Source: Hypanus sabinus (taxonomy: Eukaryota). From it: 64,000 nt of DNA. Shown one piece after another: positions 13,295 to 26,414 of the stretch (the first letter of the stretch is position 1; the number at the start of each line of letters is the position of its first letter). The stretch is from contig NC_082727.1 in the NCBI RefSeq assembly GCF_030144855.1, positions 45,818,001 through 45,882,000 of the forward strand, given 5' to 3'. The position numbers were made by a program, and so were the translations under genes. The notes under the pieces were generated by a model. The model was given only the letters and a program-made list of their open reading frames with translations. It was not told the DNA's origin and searched no databases.

Positions 13295-15480
13295 ATCCCC
13301 TTCTGGGGAAGGGGTGAGTGACCTGCACAAGTGGGATGGGTTGCACCTGAACTGGATGGGAACCAATGTCCTTGGAGGGAGGTTTTAAACTAGATTTGCA
13401 GGGGGGGTGCGACGTGCAGAGGCAGAAGATAGAGCAGTTGGCACACAAGTAGAGACAGCTTGTAGGGAGTTTGTGAGGGAGGATAAGCAGATGATAGAAC
13501 AAAGCACTCAGCCTGATGGTTTGAGATGTGTCTATTTAATGCAGAGTATCATAACCAAGGCAGCTGAACTCAGAGCATGGATCAATTCCTGGAACTATTA
13601 TGTAGTGGCCATTACAGAGACATGGATGTCTCAGGGGCAGGAATGGCTGCTGAGTGTGCCAGGCTTTAGATGCTTTTAAAAAGACAGGGACAGAGGCAAA
13701 AGAAGTGGAGCGTGACATTGTTAATTAGGGATAGTATCGTGGCTGCAGAAAAGGAGAAAGTCACAGTGGGATTGCCTACTGAGTTAGTGTGGGTGGAAGT
13801 CAGAAACAGGATGGGGGCAATAACTCTACTGGTTGTTTTTTATAGACACCCCCCAATAGTAACAGAGACATCGAGGAGCAGATAGGGTAGAGTTTGTTAG
13901 TAGTGTTCAGAAAGGTTTCCTGACGCAATGTGTATATAGCCAACTAGAGGAGAGGTTGTACTTGATCTGATATTGGGAAATGAATCTGGTTAGTTGTCAG
14001 ATCTCTTGGTGGGAGAGCATTTTGGAGGTAATGATCGCAACTCTATCTCCTTTACCATAGCGCTGGAAAGGAAGCGAAGCAGACAATTTGGGAAAACATT
14101 TAATTGGGGTAGGGAGAATATGATGCTATTAGACAGGAACTTGGGAGCAGATGTTCTCAGGGAAATGCATGGCAGAAACGTGGTAAATGTTCAGGGAACA
14201 TTTGCATGGTGCTCTGTATAGGAATATTCCATTGAGAAACAGAAAGAATGGTAGGGTAAAAGAACCATGGTTTACAAAGGATGTAGAAAACCTAGTTAAG
14301 AAGAATAGAAAAGAAAGGCTCAAAAAACTAGGTACTGTTAGAGCCCTAGAAAATTATAAAGTTGTCAGGAAGGAGTTTAACAATGAGATTAGGAGAGCTA
14401 GAAGAGGCCATGAGAAGGCCTTTGCAAGCAGGATTAAAGATAACCCTGAAGCATTATACAAGAATGTGAAGAGCAAGAGAATGAGCCATGTGAGAAAGGA
14501 CCAATCAAGTGTAAAAGTGGAAACATGGAGTCAGAGGAGGTAGCGGAGGTACTTAATGAATACTTTGCTTCAGTATTCACCAGGATAAAGGGTCTTGGCA
14601 ATTGTGGATGTTGTGCATAGTCTTGAGGGTTGGCAGAAATTATGGTGGGACATCGATAGGATGCAGATCTGGGCTGGGAAGTGGCAGATAGAGTTCAAGC
14701 CAAATAAATATGAAGTAGTTCATTTTGGCAGGTCAAATTTGAAGACAGAATATAATATTAATGGTAAGACTCTTGGCAGTTTGCAAGATCAGAGGGATCT
14801 TGGGGTCCATGTCCATAGGACACTCAAAACTTCTGCGCTGGTTGACAGTGTTGTTAAGAAGGCGTATGGTGTGTTGGCAGTCATTAATCATAGGTTTGAG
14901 TTCAAGAGCCTTGAAGTAATGTTACAGCTATATAAGACCTTGGTCAGACCCCATTTGGAGCACTGTGTTCAGTTCTGGTCACCTCACTACAGTAAGGATG
15001 TGGAGAGAGTGCAGAGGAGATTTATAAGAATGTTGCCTGGATTGGAGAATGTGTCTTATGAGAATAGGTTGAGTTAATTTGGCTTTTTCTCCTTGCAGTG
15101 ATGAAGGATGAGAGGTGACCTGATAGACATGTGTAAGATGATGAGAGCCTTTGATTGTATGGGTAGCCAGAGGCTTTTTTCCCAGGGCTGAAATGGCTTA
15201 ATCTTAAGGTGCTTGGGAGTAGGTATGGGGGTGGGGGGGAATGTCAGAGGTAAGTTTTACACACAGAGAGTGGTGGGTGCATGGAACACACTGCCTGCAA
15301 TGGTGGTAGAGGTAATACAATAGGGTCTTTTAAGGGACTCATAGACCGGTTACATGAAGCTTAGAAAAATAGAGGACTATGCAGTAGGGAAATTCTAGGT
15401 AGCTTCCAGAGTAGGTTACATGGTTGGCACAACGTTGTGGGCTGAAGAGCCTGTAATGTGCTGTAGATTTCTATGTTCTA
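13295..15480 (+). mobile_element. Internally deleted CR1 LINE (APE endonuclease to RT C-terminus and 3' tail)
   Basis: YYVVAITETW (endonuclease), EPWFTKDVE, QRDLGVHVH…LYKTLVRPHLEHCVQFWSP; ends in (ttctatg) repeats. Confidence 0.92.
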
Positions 15481-15749
15481 AAGCAGGCATAAAAGGCATC
15501 ATACACATCCAGTCACAAAGCATCAATGCCATCACGCTATTGGGTTTGGGTTTGTAGGAATTGCAAACCCTGCCTGAGTTGGCATGCATCCTATGTCATC
15601 TCCAACCTTGCTCGGAATTGTGTCTTTGCTCTTGATAGTTCTCCCCAAGTCATACCTGGCTTTCTGTAGGTGTTGGAGATTTGAACAGCATGCACAAAAT
15701 GCCACAGGAACTCAGTGGGTCAGGTAGCTGGTGGAGACTGTTTGTCATA

Positions 15750-17830
15750 GAACATTACAGGCCTCAGCCCATATTTTCCTGACCTTTTAATCTACTCTAA
15801 GATCAATCTAACCCTTCCTTCCTACATAGTTCTGTTTTTCTAACTTCCCTGTGCCCATCTAAGAGTTTCTTAAATGTCTTTAATGTACTACCAGCCTTAT
15901 CAGGGAATCCCACGCACCCACCAGTCTGTGTAAAAAAAAAAATTACTCTCTGATATTTTTCTTATACTTACCCTAAATGTAATTTTTTAAATCATCTCCA
16001 TTTATTGCTATTACCCACCCTTGGAAAAAGCCTCTGTCTATCCACTCGATTTAGCCTTTTATTATCTTGTACATTTGATCTATATTTGACATGTTCTTTA
16101 ATCCAGGCAGCATCCTGGTACATCTCCTCCACAACCTCTCTAAAGCTTCCTAGAATGAGGCAACCAGACCATGCCCCATCTTAACAACCCTATCAATTTG
16201 TGCAGCAACTTTAAGGGATCTAATGGACAAGACCTCTCTTTTCCTCCACACTGTTAATAATCCTGCCATTAACCCTGTATTTTGCCCAGAAATTCAATCT
16301 TGCGAAGAGGATCACTTCACTTTGCTGTGTTGAGCTCCACTTGCCACATCTCAGCCCAGCTCTGCATCCTGTTGATGCCCCATTGTAATCTATGACAACC
16401 TTCTACTGTCCACAACTACACCAACCTTCATGTCATCTGAACTTACTAACCCATCCTTCTACTTCCTCACCCAAGTCATTTATAAAAATCACTAAGAGCA
16501 GTGGTCCCAGAACAGATCCCTGTGGAATACCACTCGTCATCCACTGCCAGGCAGAATACATTCCATGCACGACCACACTCTACCTTCTATGGGCAGGCCA
16601 ATTCTGAATCAATACAGCCTAATTTCCCTGGATTCCATGCCTACTGAATTTTTGAATGAGCCTTACCATAGAAACCTTATCAAGCATCTTATTAAAATCC
16701 ATACACACCATATCCACTGTTCCACCTTCTTCAATGTGCTTTGTCACATCTTCAAACAATTCAATCAGGCTTGTGAGGCATGTGCTACCCTTTACAAAGT
16801 ATTGCTCAATTATCCCCAATCAGATCATGCTTCTCCAAATGCTTATTAAGTCCTGTCTCTAACAATCTTCCCCAAGGATTTGCCCACACTGAGTAAGACT
16901 CATTGGTCTATAATTCCTGTGTGTTGGAATGTGAACGAGAGAGGTGCAGCTGATAGATATAATAGCAATCTTTTATTCAACAAAAGGAGACACCTTCTGG
17001 AGAAAGAGTTTGACCCAATATTATACGGCATTTTATATGCTAAAGATCAAAGGACAATTCTATATTTACAATATATTGACAACGCTTTCTTTGAATTACA
17101 TATAGCTTTCACACGTCCTTTGCACCCACACTCCAGACACCCAAAATGAACGTTAATCAGCATTGTCTGGTTTTTCAATTACTTACTGCCCACTGTTCTA
17201 GGGACATATCGTCACGGGGTGCACTTTAAATTTAATCTAGAATCCACATGTAGTTCTAGATTGGTTATTGAAGTTAACATTTTGTTATATATCCTAAATC
17301 CAGAATATGCCCTAACACCCGGGTTATCCCTACTCCCTTCCTTGAACAAGTGAGTAACATTTGCCACTTTCCAATCATCTGGTATTACTTATTGTGATTA
17401 GCAAGGGTGCAAAGATCTTTGCTAAAGGTGCTGCAATCTCTTCCCATAGAAATCTGGGATACATCTGGTCCAGGCCTAGGGACTTATCTATGCTAAATGC
17501 TTTTTCAAAAGTTCAAACACATCCTTTTTCTTAACATGGACATGTCTTAGCATATCACTTGTTTTATGCTGTCCTCACAATTGTCAAGGTCCCTCTCACT
17601 GGTGAATAAAACCATAAAACGTAAGTGAAGAATTAGACCTTTCGGCCCATTGAGTCTTCTCTGTATACTGAAGCAAAGTATTCATTATGGACCTCCACGA
17701 AATTTCCTGGAGCACATTTTCTCTTCTATCCCTGAACAGTCCTACCCTCGCTCTCATCACCTCCTCTTCCTCAGTGTCTTGGGGAATTTCCTTAATCTTA
17801 CTAGCCCACACTAATTTTCTGTGAACTATT
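15750..17830 (-). mobile_element. Decayed CR1 LINE interrupted by a solo LTR
   Basis: FVKGSTCLTSLIELFEDVT…VDMVCMDFNK (RT domain) at 16619-16819. Confidence 0.88.
16922..17317 (-). mobile_element. Solo LTR (396 bp) inserted in CR1
   Basis: TGTTGG…CTAACA termini; minus-strand TATAAAA (17037-17031) then AATAAA (16977-16972). CR1 sequence rejoins across it; flanks cctgtg / cccggg. Confidence 0.7.
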
Positions 17831-18170
17831 TTGTATGACATGGAGAGAATTTTTCCAATAGTGATAATGTCTAGGACCAAAGAGCATAGCCTTAGAACAG
17901 GGCATTCTTCCTTTAGAAATAAGATGAGAAGGAACTACTTCAGCAAGAGGGCTATGAAATCTGTGGAATTCATTGCCACAGATGGTGCTAGAGGCCAAGT
18001 CACCAGGAATATTTAAATCAGAGGTAGACAGGCTCTTGATTAGTAAGGGCATTTAAGGTTACAAGGAGTAATAGACAGGAGAATGGTGTTTAGGGGGAAG
18101 CAGGCCATGATCGAAAGGCAGAGAGGACTCGATGGGCGAATGGCCTAATTCTGCTCCTAATGGTCTAATT
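17830..18170 (+). mobile_element. CR1 3' end
   Basis: SRTKEHSLR…FRNKMRRNYFS motif; ggcctaattctgctcct tail. Confidence 0.8.
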
Positions 18171-18981
18171 ATCTCAATGAATTAGGTGACTTATCTTTGA
18201 AAAATTATGCAACTAGTGAATAAAATAGGGTCCTCTTGAGTACTGTAAACTCTACAATGCGGCAACATAATGTTATAATTGGCTTGTACAAAGTAGATGA
18301 TGGATGGCCAAATAGGTCTGAAAAGCTTTATAACAGCTTAATAGACTCAGAAAAAGCATGAGAATATATTACACAATCTACCACTATACTAGTACGATAG
18401 TATTCTCACTTTTTTTTGACCAAGTCATGTAACAAAAGTTGATCATCATTCAGCTGTACAAATTAGTAGGACTAGAATCAATTTAAAATCTTTTAATTTT
18501 ATCTAAAGAGTAGAAAGGTAAAGGAATGATTTGGGAGCCTGTAATATATCAATAAAGATAATTTTTTTGCAAATAATTTAAGTCATACATAGAAGAAAGG
18601 CATTTAAATACATGAGAAATGAACAACAAAGGTAGTTTGGTTATGTGTTTTCTATCCTCTTAAGTGCCAAGCATTACTGCTTTAACTTTCATTCATTTTA
18701 CAAGAGAACGTTTGTACTTAGCATTGAACTACTGACTGAATTAAATCACTCATTAGCAGCATTTACATCACTCAAGTAGAAATATTACTGATAGTTGGCA
18801 AAAGAGAAATTCTTTGATATTCATGAATTTACTGCTACTGCCAAGCAGTCAATCAATCATACAAATATAGTCTCATTATAACTGTGGAGCGCATCATAAT
18901 AAAGACAATAACAACAGTTTCACTATGCAAATGATAGAAAAAAGTTAACGCATTGGCAACATTTTTGTAAAAACATATTCC

Positions 18982-19130
18982 AACTGAAATAGAAACAGAA
19001 AATGCAAGAAATACATAGCAGGTCAGCCAACATCTTTGCCAAAAAAAACCAAAATCCATGTTTCAAGTTGGATAATTGATGCTACCTGACCTGCAGAATG
19101 TTTCTAACCCTTGCTGTTTCTATTTCAGTT
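18982..19130. repeat. Imperfect inverted repeat built from Penelope-tail sequence
   Basis: aactgaaatagaaacag…gcaggtcag…catc pairs with gatg…ctgacctgc…ctgtttctatttcagtt. Confidence 0.65.
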
Positions 19131-20881
19131 AACAGCATCTGCTGGTTATAAACTTTTACATTGGGACAGCATCTACCCATTTAACTGATACAATGACAGT
19201 AATCTGACTGGGTATTTCCTGACCAAGCTGTGACTATAAATTCAAGTTTAACTTTTAATGGCCATTTACAAAGAACACTTTAAGAAGAATTGCACAGGTA
19301 AAGGGAAAACATGGAGAGATTAAATGGAAGTAACCAGTGCTGGCTTAATGGCCAAAAGGCCATGAGAGTACCCCTGTATTAACATTAGTTTTAAACAATA
19401 AAGCAGAAATTCCCCACATAACGCAGCAGGCAAGTTTGGGATTCCCAGGTGAACACCAGCTTTTTCCGCACCATGCTCTGCTGTTGGTCTGCCTATTAAG
19501 TCTGGAAGCAGAATGAGAAGTTGCACCAATTGCTTTTCAAAAAGCAGAATTTTTCAAGATTGTCATGTAGTTAGAGCAGCTAAACAGCAGGAAATACATA
19601 CAAGAACAAATGGTCCTAAAAGTTATGTTACAGTCCCTAAATAACTAGCCTTTTTAAAAAAAAATAACTTTTTCTTAATTGAAACTAAGGGTAATATTGC
19701 TCCAAAGTATGAACAAAACAATGTGGCTGTCATTTAATATGGTAGCATACCAACTAGAAAGTCGTTTTAAAAGATCCTTAAATAGAAACATAAATGAACT
19801 AGAATAGAAAAAATTGAATTTAAAAAGCTGAATACTTCTATTTCTATTTTCCTAATAAACTATGAAATATTAGGTGCATGAACTAACCACAGCTCTATAT
19901 AAAATTTGCCTGGCCTCCACATCTTGAAATTGATATATTGTGTATAAAGAAATAGATCAAAATAAATGGCTTTATTTAGCAAGTAATAAAGTTAAATTAA
20001 ATCATATGAATTGGTGGTATCAGCATGAGAAACTTGGTCATATATGCTGAAAAGAAAGCTGAAGTCCAGACAACATTCAGGAACAAAAGTGATTTTACAT
20101 CATAAGATTGCTATTTTTTAATTCCACTTGATTCCACAAACTAATTAGTCCCACAAATCTTGCGGTGTACAGCTTTATAAAGGATCCATTTACTTAGAAC
20201 TTCATCATTTACCATGTACAACTTAAAATCTAAAACAGGTTTTACATAAAGTGTATTAAATAATTATGTGCATATATTAAAAAGAGAAATAAAAAGGCAC
20301 ATGCAATATACTTTCTTTTTTAGAAAAGCACACTTGAAAATGATTTGGCACCAGGTCAACCCTAATGCTTAATTGTGCTAAAACAAAGCACAATTTAAAA
20401 TGAATATAGCATTACAGCTCATTTACATCTGCAATACAATGTTCTTACTTGTATTTTCAAAGCATTTTCACATTGTTAGAACACATTGGAAGCTGCAAGG
20501 ACATATTATAAATTTCAATCTATAGACAGTAAGATCATTACAACATTGATTTTATAGTTTTTTTGTGCACCTTATACAAAATACAACAGGAACCTTTGAA
20601 ATTATTATTGCTTTCAATAACATTGTAATTTATCATAACCACTCTTCCAGTTTCATGCATTATTACTTATACCAAAAGGCTCAGCAAGCTATTTATTTTG
20701 GACATTTAAGTGTTCCACACATTGAAAAATATTTCAAAAGAAGCTTTAAAATGCTTGATCAAAGTTGAAATTAATAATCTTCCCAAGTAGTCATTAGTAA
20801 AGCTATCCCCGCACAAGCTGCCTCTGCACAGGTAGACTTGGGGTTTAGGAGTAAGGAGAAGAAAAATCAATTGACAAAGGC

Positions 20882-21231
20882 TCACACTTATATGGTACCT
20901 TTTGGGATAACCTAAAGCATTTTACAGTAACCTACACCTTCATTTTGAAGTATAACCGCTTTTATACGAGATGTAGTAACCGATTTGCTCAAAGGAAGCT
21001 CTTGCAAGCGGCACAGTGACGTGATCAAATATTATTTTATTTATATTAAAATCCAGACCATCAAAGGAAATTCATCAGATCTTTGAAATTATGTCATGGG
21101 CTTTTCTGCAACTCAGCAAGTGCTACAATGGAATGCTTAACTAAATATTTAGGCATGAGTTTCTTGAGTGAAATTTAAACCAACCACCTACAATTCAGTG
21201 CCTAGAGTGGTATCCACGAAGTCACAGCTAG
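20882..21231 (-). mobile_element. Ancient Deu-domain SINE (SacSINE1/AmnSINE-like)
   Basis: Colinear degenerate motifs (ttttgaagtataaccgct; ctttgaaattatgtcatgggctttt; tRNA-like head gagtgaaatttaaacc…agagtggtatccacgaagtcacagct) match my recollection of the SacSINE1 consensus. Confidence 0.55.
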
Positions 21232-22013
21232 TATTTATGGGATAGAAAGTGACTGCATTGTATAAACGTAACCTTATATACAGGAGATTTACAACTTTGC
21301 ACCAACGCAAGCTACGCAAACTTTATTTATTTACAGATATGGTTTACTGTAGAGGGAGAATTGAAGGCAATAAACATTTAAGTTTCCCTTACTGAAATGT
21401 GCTTTAAAATTCATGTTTGTGTGTATTTCTGTGCACACAACAAGGGGAAATGAATCAAAAGGATAAACAGAAAGTAGAAGCAAGCATGGGATACAGAATA
21501 AATACATTAGCCAGTATTCTTTTACTGAAAGAGATAAACATACATGTTATTAGCACAATGCAATGAATCTGTAATTTAGATGCAGGATAAGGTACAGGTT
21601 AACTACCAATTTCCAGCAATATCAAAACTCAGGGAAGCACTTTTATATACTTTCCTTTGTAGGAAATGTAAGAGAAATTGCTTAACTTTTCCAGTTCTGA
21701 TTAAGTTGGTTATCTAGATAAAAGAAACAAAAAGCATTTGAATGATTTCCTGAAGACTATAAAAATATATACTTCTTTAATCACAATATTTAGTTAGATT
21801 TTTCAGCTATTGGTTCTGTGAAACATGATACAAATGAAATTTCTAGTGTCATACTATAATGCCATTTATTCTGCTCTGCTCAGAAAGTGTAATGTAACCA
21901 ATATTAAATAGTTACTCCAAACAACCATTTCCAGAACACATTGCAAAAGAAAAATCACAAATCTACATCCATAATTTCAGATTTAAAAACACATTCTTTC
22001 CAGTTTATGTTAA

Positions 22014-22019
22014 TTTATT
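22014..22019 (-). terminator. Candidate proximal polyadenylation signal of PPP2R2D
   Basis: AATAAA about 550 nt after the stop codon, followed roughly 20-30 nt downstream by GU-rich TGTGTTTTT. Confidence 0.5.
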
Positions 22020-22564
22020 AAGAGCTTTTTTTTTACACTAATTGGTGTGGTGATAGGTAGTTGGTGAGCAAATGTTACGAGGGATAAGACATCTGCTGAT
22101 CCTGCTCAAAACCCATTAAAACATTCATACGCAGGACACTTAAGCCAAAAATAGCGAGGCCAGAGGAGGAATGTTTTACAGGCATAATCGAGCACAAGTC
22201 TTGTTCAAAAGGCCTAAAATATACAGGAAGAATAGATTACACAGACATTAAACTGTGCCTTGTTGGTCTTCTATCAGGAAAGCTCAGACTTGATTAAATC
22301 ATAATTGGAGATATTCTTGCATCCACATTGTCTTTCCAGTTTGCTTCTGGTCAGCTTCTCACATCTAGAGATCAAGTAACGTCCTAACTGACGGTGGAAA
22401 TACATCACAAGAATGAATGAACAATTAGGTAAATGTTACTTCTGTAGCTATGCCAGAAGATTAATGCATCAAATAGATTAATTTTGGAAAACCAGGTCTT
22501 TTTCCTTAAAGAGAATGGCGAGACTAAACCATGTGAGAATGTCTTGTCCTAAAACAAGTCAATT

Positions 22565-22844
22565 TTAATTTACTTTGTCCTGGAATATATACAAATTATT
22601 AGTTGCAGCTACAGCTATGATGTTCTCTTTCGGATGCCAAGCTGTATGCAGAATCTTCTTGTTGAAGTCCAAACTATCAACACTAATTTCATCTTTCTTC
22701 CTTTTCCCACCTGTGCAAACTTTACGCGGTTTCAAGATGGCACGTGGTTTACTGCTTTCTCGAGATGCTTCAAGTGTGATGTCACGTTTGGTATTTCTAT
22801 CAAACATTCGGAAGAAGTTGTTGTATGAGCCGGTCATGATTGCA
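22565..22844 (-). CDS. PPP2R2D: B55-delta last coding exon, [92 protein letters not shown]
   Basis: AAACAG| acceptor; TAA at 22567-22565; matches the B55 C-terminus. Confidence 0.98.
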
Positions 22845-24302
22845 CTGTTTATAAAATAAAAACAGTAAACTAATGTCACAATAAAGATATTGTTATAAGT
22901 ACATGACATTCAGAAAAAGTGACTGCAGATCTTAACCTACACCTGATGTTGGGTGTTATAACAATTATTGATGGCATTATAAAAAGATACGGCATTACCA
23001 AATTTCCCTCAACAAATTATAAGATCAAACAGCACCTGATGAATGACACACAGCCAGGAACATCATTAGCAATTCAATAAGCCCCAATTACAAATACCAC
23101 CATTTGACATATATAGTATGTAATTCTTCACTTATTTATTTTCTTTTCCTAACTGTAAGTTGAGAATCACTTCAGTGCTAATTCAGATCAGTGCTGTTTT
23201 ATTTGCTTAGTGAAAATACGACCCTTATAATTTAAATCGGGTGGAACTTGAACTTCACAATGTGGCTAGGCTCTACTTCCACCAGCATCAAATGCACTCT
23301 CACCCAAAGGTATAATTTGAAAACTAGAAGCACTTGTATGACATTTGTTTTTGCTGTTTTCACTCGATTAGTAAACCCAAAACTAATCAGGAATATTGAC
23401 ACAATACAAAAGGATATGAAAATAAGGTATTCCAATCCCTCAAGTATGAATGAATTCTATCCTGGCATACAATCAATGGAAAAGGTAACTATAATTTAAT
23501 CTCAACTTCAAACACAGCACTAAAGTAATGCAAATAGCAATGCTTAGCAACAGAAGGAAGAATTGTTTCTAAATACATTTTTGTCCATATAGAGCGTGAA
23601 AAGGATACTTCTTTATCAAATTTCAGAAATGCATGATAAGACGGGTGAAAGTGACAGCTTTCTTGCAGAGATAAAATGGATAGGAAAAAATGTTAAGGAC
23701 ACAGTTTAAAAGAGGTTTTTATACACTAGAATGGAATATCTAATGAAAAGTACAATTTATAGATTGGATATAGATTTATAGAATCATGTCCACAAATGTA
23801 CTAAGATAGAATGAACGAGAAAAAGTACTTGTTGGAGACTATGAAAGTTTAGGATATAAGTTAGAAGCCGCAATACAGGTGGTGGTGGATGAAGAACCAC
23901 AATACACTGCAATCTTGCACCATGAAAAGTTCAGACTATGTTACAGTTCGGTGAAAGAGTTGCTGATTTAACCTTTCACACATGCAGATCTATTTTCTGC
24001 ATGGGCAAGTAGCAAGTGAATAAGTAGCATTCATTAGTTACTTGTGATAAAGGGCAAAGGTCACCTAGAAAACACTATTTTTCATTGAATATACACAATA
24101 CATGCCAGTACCATAACGGCATCTGAATTTAATAGTTCAGAGATAAGGATGTCTGGATAACAAAGCATTTCAACACTCCACTGAAGTGTCAGTATAGTTT
24201 TTACAATAAAAATCTAGGAAATAGAATATGCAATACTATTCGGATACAAGATAACAACTGAATTGGCAATAAACAGAAACATGTCAATAAACACTATATT
24301 AC

Positions 24303-24394
24303 CTGTCTGAACCATTCCAGCAACACTCAAATTTGTCAAAGATACAATCATTTTCATACAAAGAACATAATTTGCTCCGCAGGTATTCATGCAC
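24303..24394 (-). CDS. PPP2R2D: B55-delta coding exon 9, [30 protein letters not shown](S)
   Basis: TTCCAG| acceptor, AG|GTAATA donor, 92 bp. Confidence 0.97.
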
Positions 24395-24498
24395 CTGGAA
24401 CAAAGCATTAAAACAAAGCACAAATCAATGATCACGAATTGTTGTTACAGAGAGAGAAAAATAAAGAAAAAGCATTATCAACAGTCTAAAGTACTCAC

Positions 24499-24668
24499 CT
24501 GGTATGTCTCTACTGGTCTAGTTTCCATATTAACGTCCCAAACCTTAACAGATAAATAGTCTCTTGTCATCATGTACCGACCATTATGGCTGAACTTTAC
24601 ATCAGAAATTGAGGAGATGATTTCAGAGAAAAATGATCTACTACTCGGATCTTCTGGTTCTTCAAAGA
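24499..24668 (-). CDS. PPP2R2D: B55-delta coding exon 8, (F)[56 protein letters not shown]
   Basis: TTCTAG| acceptor, CAG|GTGAGT donor, 170 bp. Translated by hand; not in the ORF track. Confidence 0.97.
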
Positions 24669-24744
24669 CTAGAAGTAGAATATTAATAAAGGTTAGACAT
24701 CTCCATCTGATTACTTAATAAATTACTTGTATCATAAAACTGTA

Positions 24745-25030
24745 GCTCAGTAGCGTAGTGGTTAACACAACACTTTACAGTACAGCCACCCAGGTTCATT
24801 TCCTGCCGCTATCTGTAAGGAGGTTGTACATTCTCCCTGTGACCACATGGGTTTCCTCTGGGTGCTATAGTTTCCTCCCACAGTCCAAAGACTAACTGGG
24901 TAGTAGGTTAGTTGGTCAGTGTAAACTGTCCCATGACTAGGCTAGGGTTAAATCGGGGGTTCCTGGACAGCACGGCTCCAAGTGCTGAAAGGGCCTATTC
25001 CACACTGTATCTCAATAAATGAAAAAAAAG
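24745..25030 (+). mobile_element. tRNA-derived V-SINE (HE1-like)
   Basis: A-box TAGCGTAGTGGTT, B-box GGTTCATTTCC, V-domain gggtttcctctgggtgc…tttcctcccacagtccaaaga. Confidence 0.85.
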
Positions 25031-25049
25031 AATAAATATTATTACTACA

Positions 25050-25420
25050 AGAGCAAGTCAGAGTTTGGATATTCTGCAGCAAGTGATTCACCTCCAAACT
25101 CCCCCACTTCATGGGGGAACACTCTCCATTTACTTGGATGAATGCAGCTACAAAGATCAAGCAGCTCCACACCATTCAAGGAAAAGTATTCTGCTTGATT
25201 GGCCCTCCACTCAAAAGCCTAAACATTTATTCCCTCTACCTTTAGGACACAACTGTGCATCACCTCCAAAATATGGTACTACATGGATAGCCAAACAGCA
25301 TTTCCCAAACTCTGGGACCTCTACAGCGATGAAGGTGAGGGCAGTAATTGTATACAAACATCAGCACCTACAGTTTTCCTCCAGGTACACACAATCCCTG
25401 ACTTGGAAAAGATACTCATT
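25050..25420 (+). mobile_element. Ancient LINE 3' fragment (related copies at about 48150-49270 and 61820-62300)
   Basis: Shared degenerate motifs among the three segments; family not assigned. Confidence 0.4.
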
Positions 25421-26414
25421 GCTGAACAAACTTGCTTTTCAAAATAAATTGGGATTGGACAGCAAACTTCCTCAATCAGCTTCTTTATTTGATAAGGTCA
25501 TCATGATTTTCAACCTCATTGCCATTTTCCCACAATATCCCATATCCCTTTAGTGTTCAAAACTCTATTGAATGTCACTGGGAATATTCTCAATGGTTGA
25601 GCCTGCACAGTTCTCTGAAAATTTCAAAGGTTCATAAATCTCCAATTCTCAGGAATAAACTGGTGTCTTTGTGCTGAGACCATAAACTTAACTCCCAGAT
25701 TTTTCAGCAAGGGGAAACAGTTTCAAATATCTGCTCTGATATAGACCTCAGCTATTTTGCACATCTTTTTCAACTGAGGTTATATTCCAAAAGAGGGATA
25801 GCTGCAGCAAACTTAGTTCTCATAAAACACCCAAGTTCTCAGATTTTAAAACACATAGATCACTGTCATTCACATAGATCTCAGAGGTTTCCTGAAGTTT
25901 GTTCAATGCCAATCCCACAGATGTACTACTGCAAATGGTACCAATGAACAAAAAAATTCTTTGGCTAATTACCCTTCTCAGCTCATCTCCAATCCCATTT
26001 CATCAACCGTGCATGCATTAGAAAGAGTCCACAACTAGGTAGGTTCCTAACAGATGTGATTATCGCGGCTCAAAAGAGCAAAAATAACACTTCCAACTAA
26101 CGATGCAATCAACAACAGATGGAAACCACAGGAGTATGTTAAAAGATTAGATTCAAGAGTACAAAGATCAGGAAAAGCAGGCATGGTGTCAGATACACCC
26201 AAAATATTAGGCAGTTGTGCCCATATTGATATTCAGCTTTAATCTAAAGGGAGAAAGATAAATAATGGACTCAAAGATACTGTTTTGGCAAATGCTGTTT
26301 AGGTCATAATGATTAATATTTAAGACAGAAGACCACTGAATATCAAGGATATATTATTGAAAGTTTCATCAGTGAAAGCCTGCTTATGAGACCTAAGAAT
26401 TAAGTAAATACTTA

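Noticed and set aside
1-19000. BNIP3, the convergent neighbour of PPP2R2D in tetrapods
   Set aside because: I could not find WIWDWSSRPE, the transmembrane segment or IGRRL exons on the + strand.
24751-24803. tRNA gene (A and B boxes)
   Set aside because: No cloverleaf; it is the tRNA-derived head of a V-SINE.
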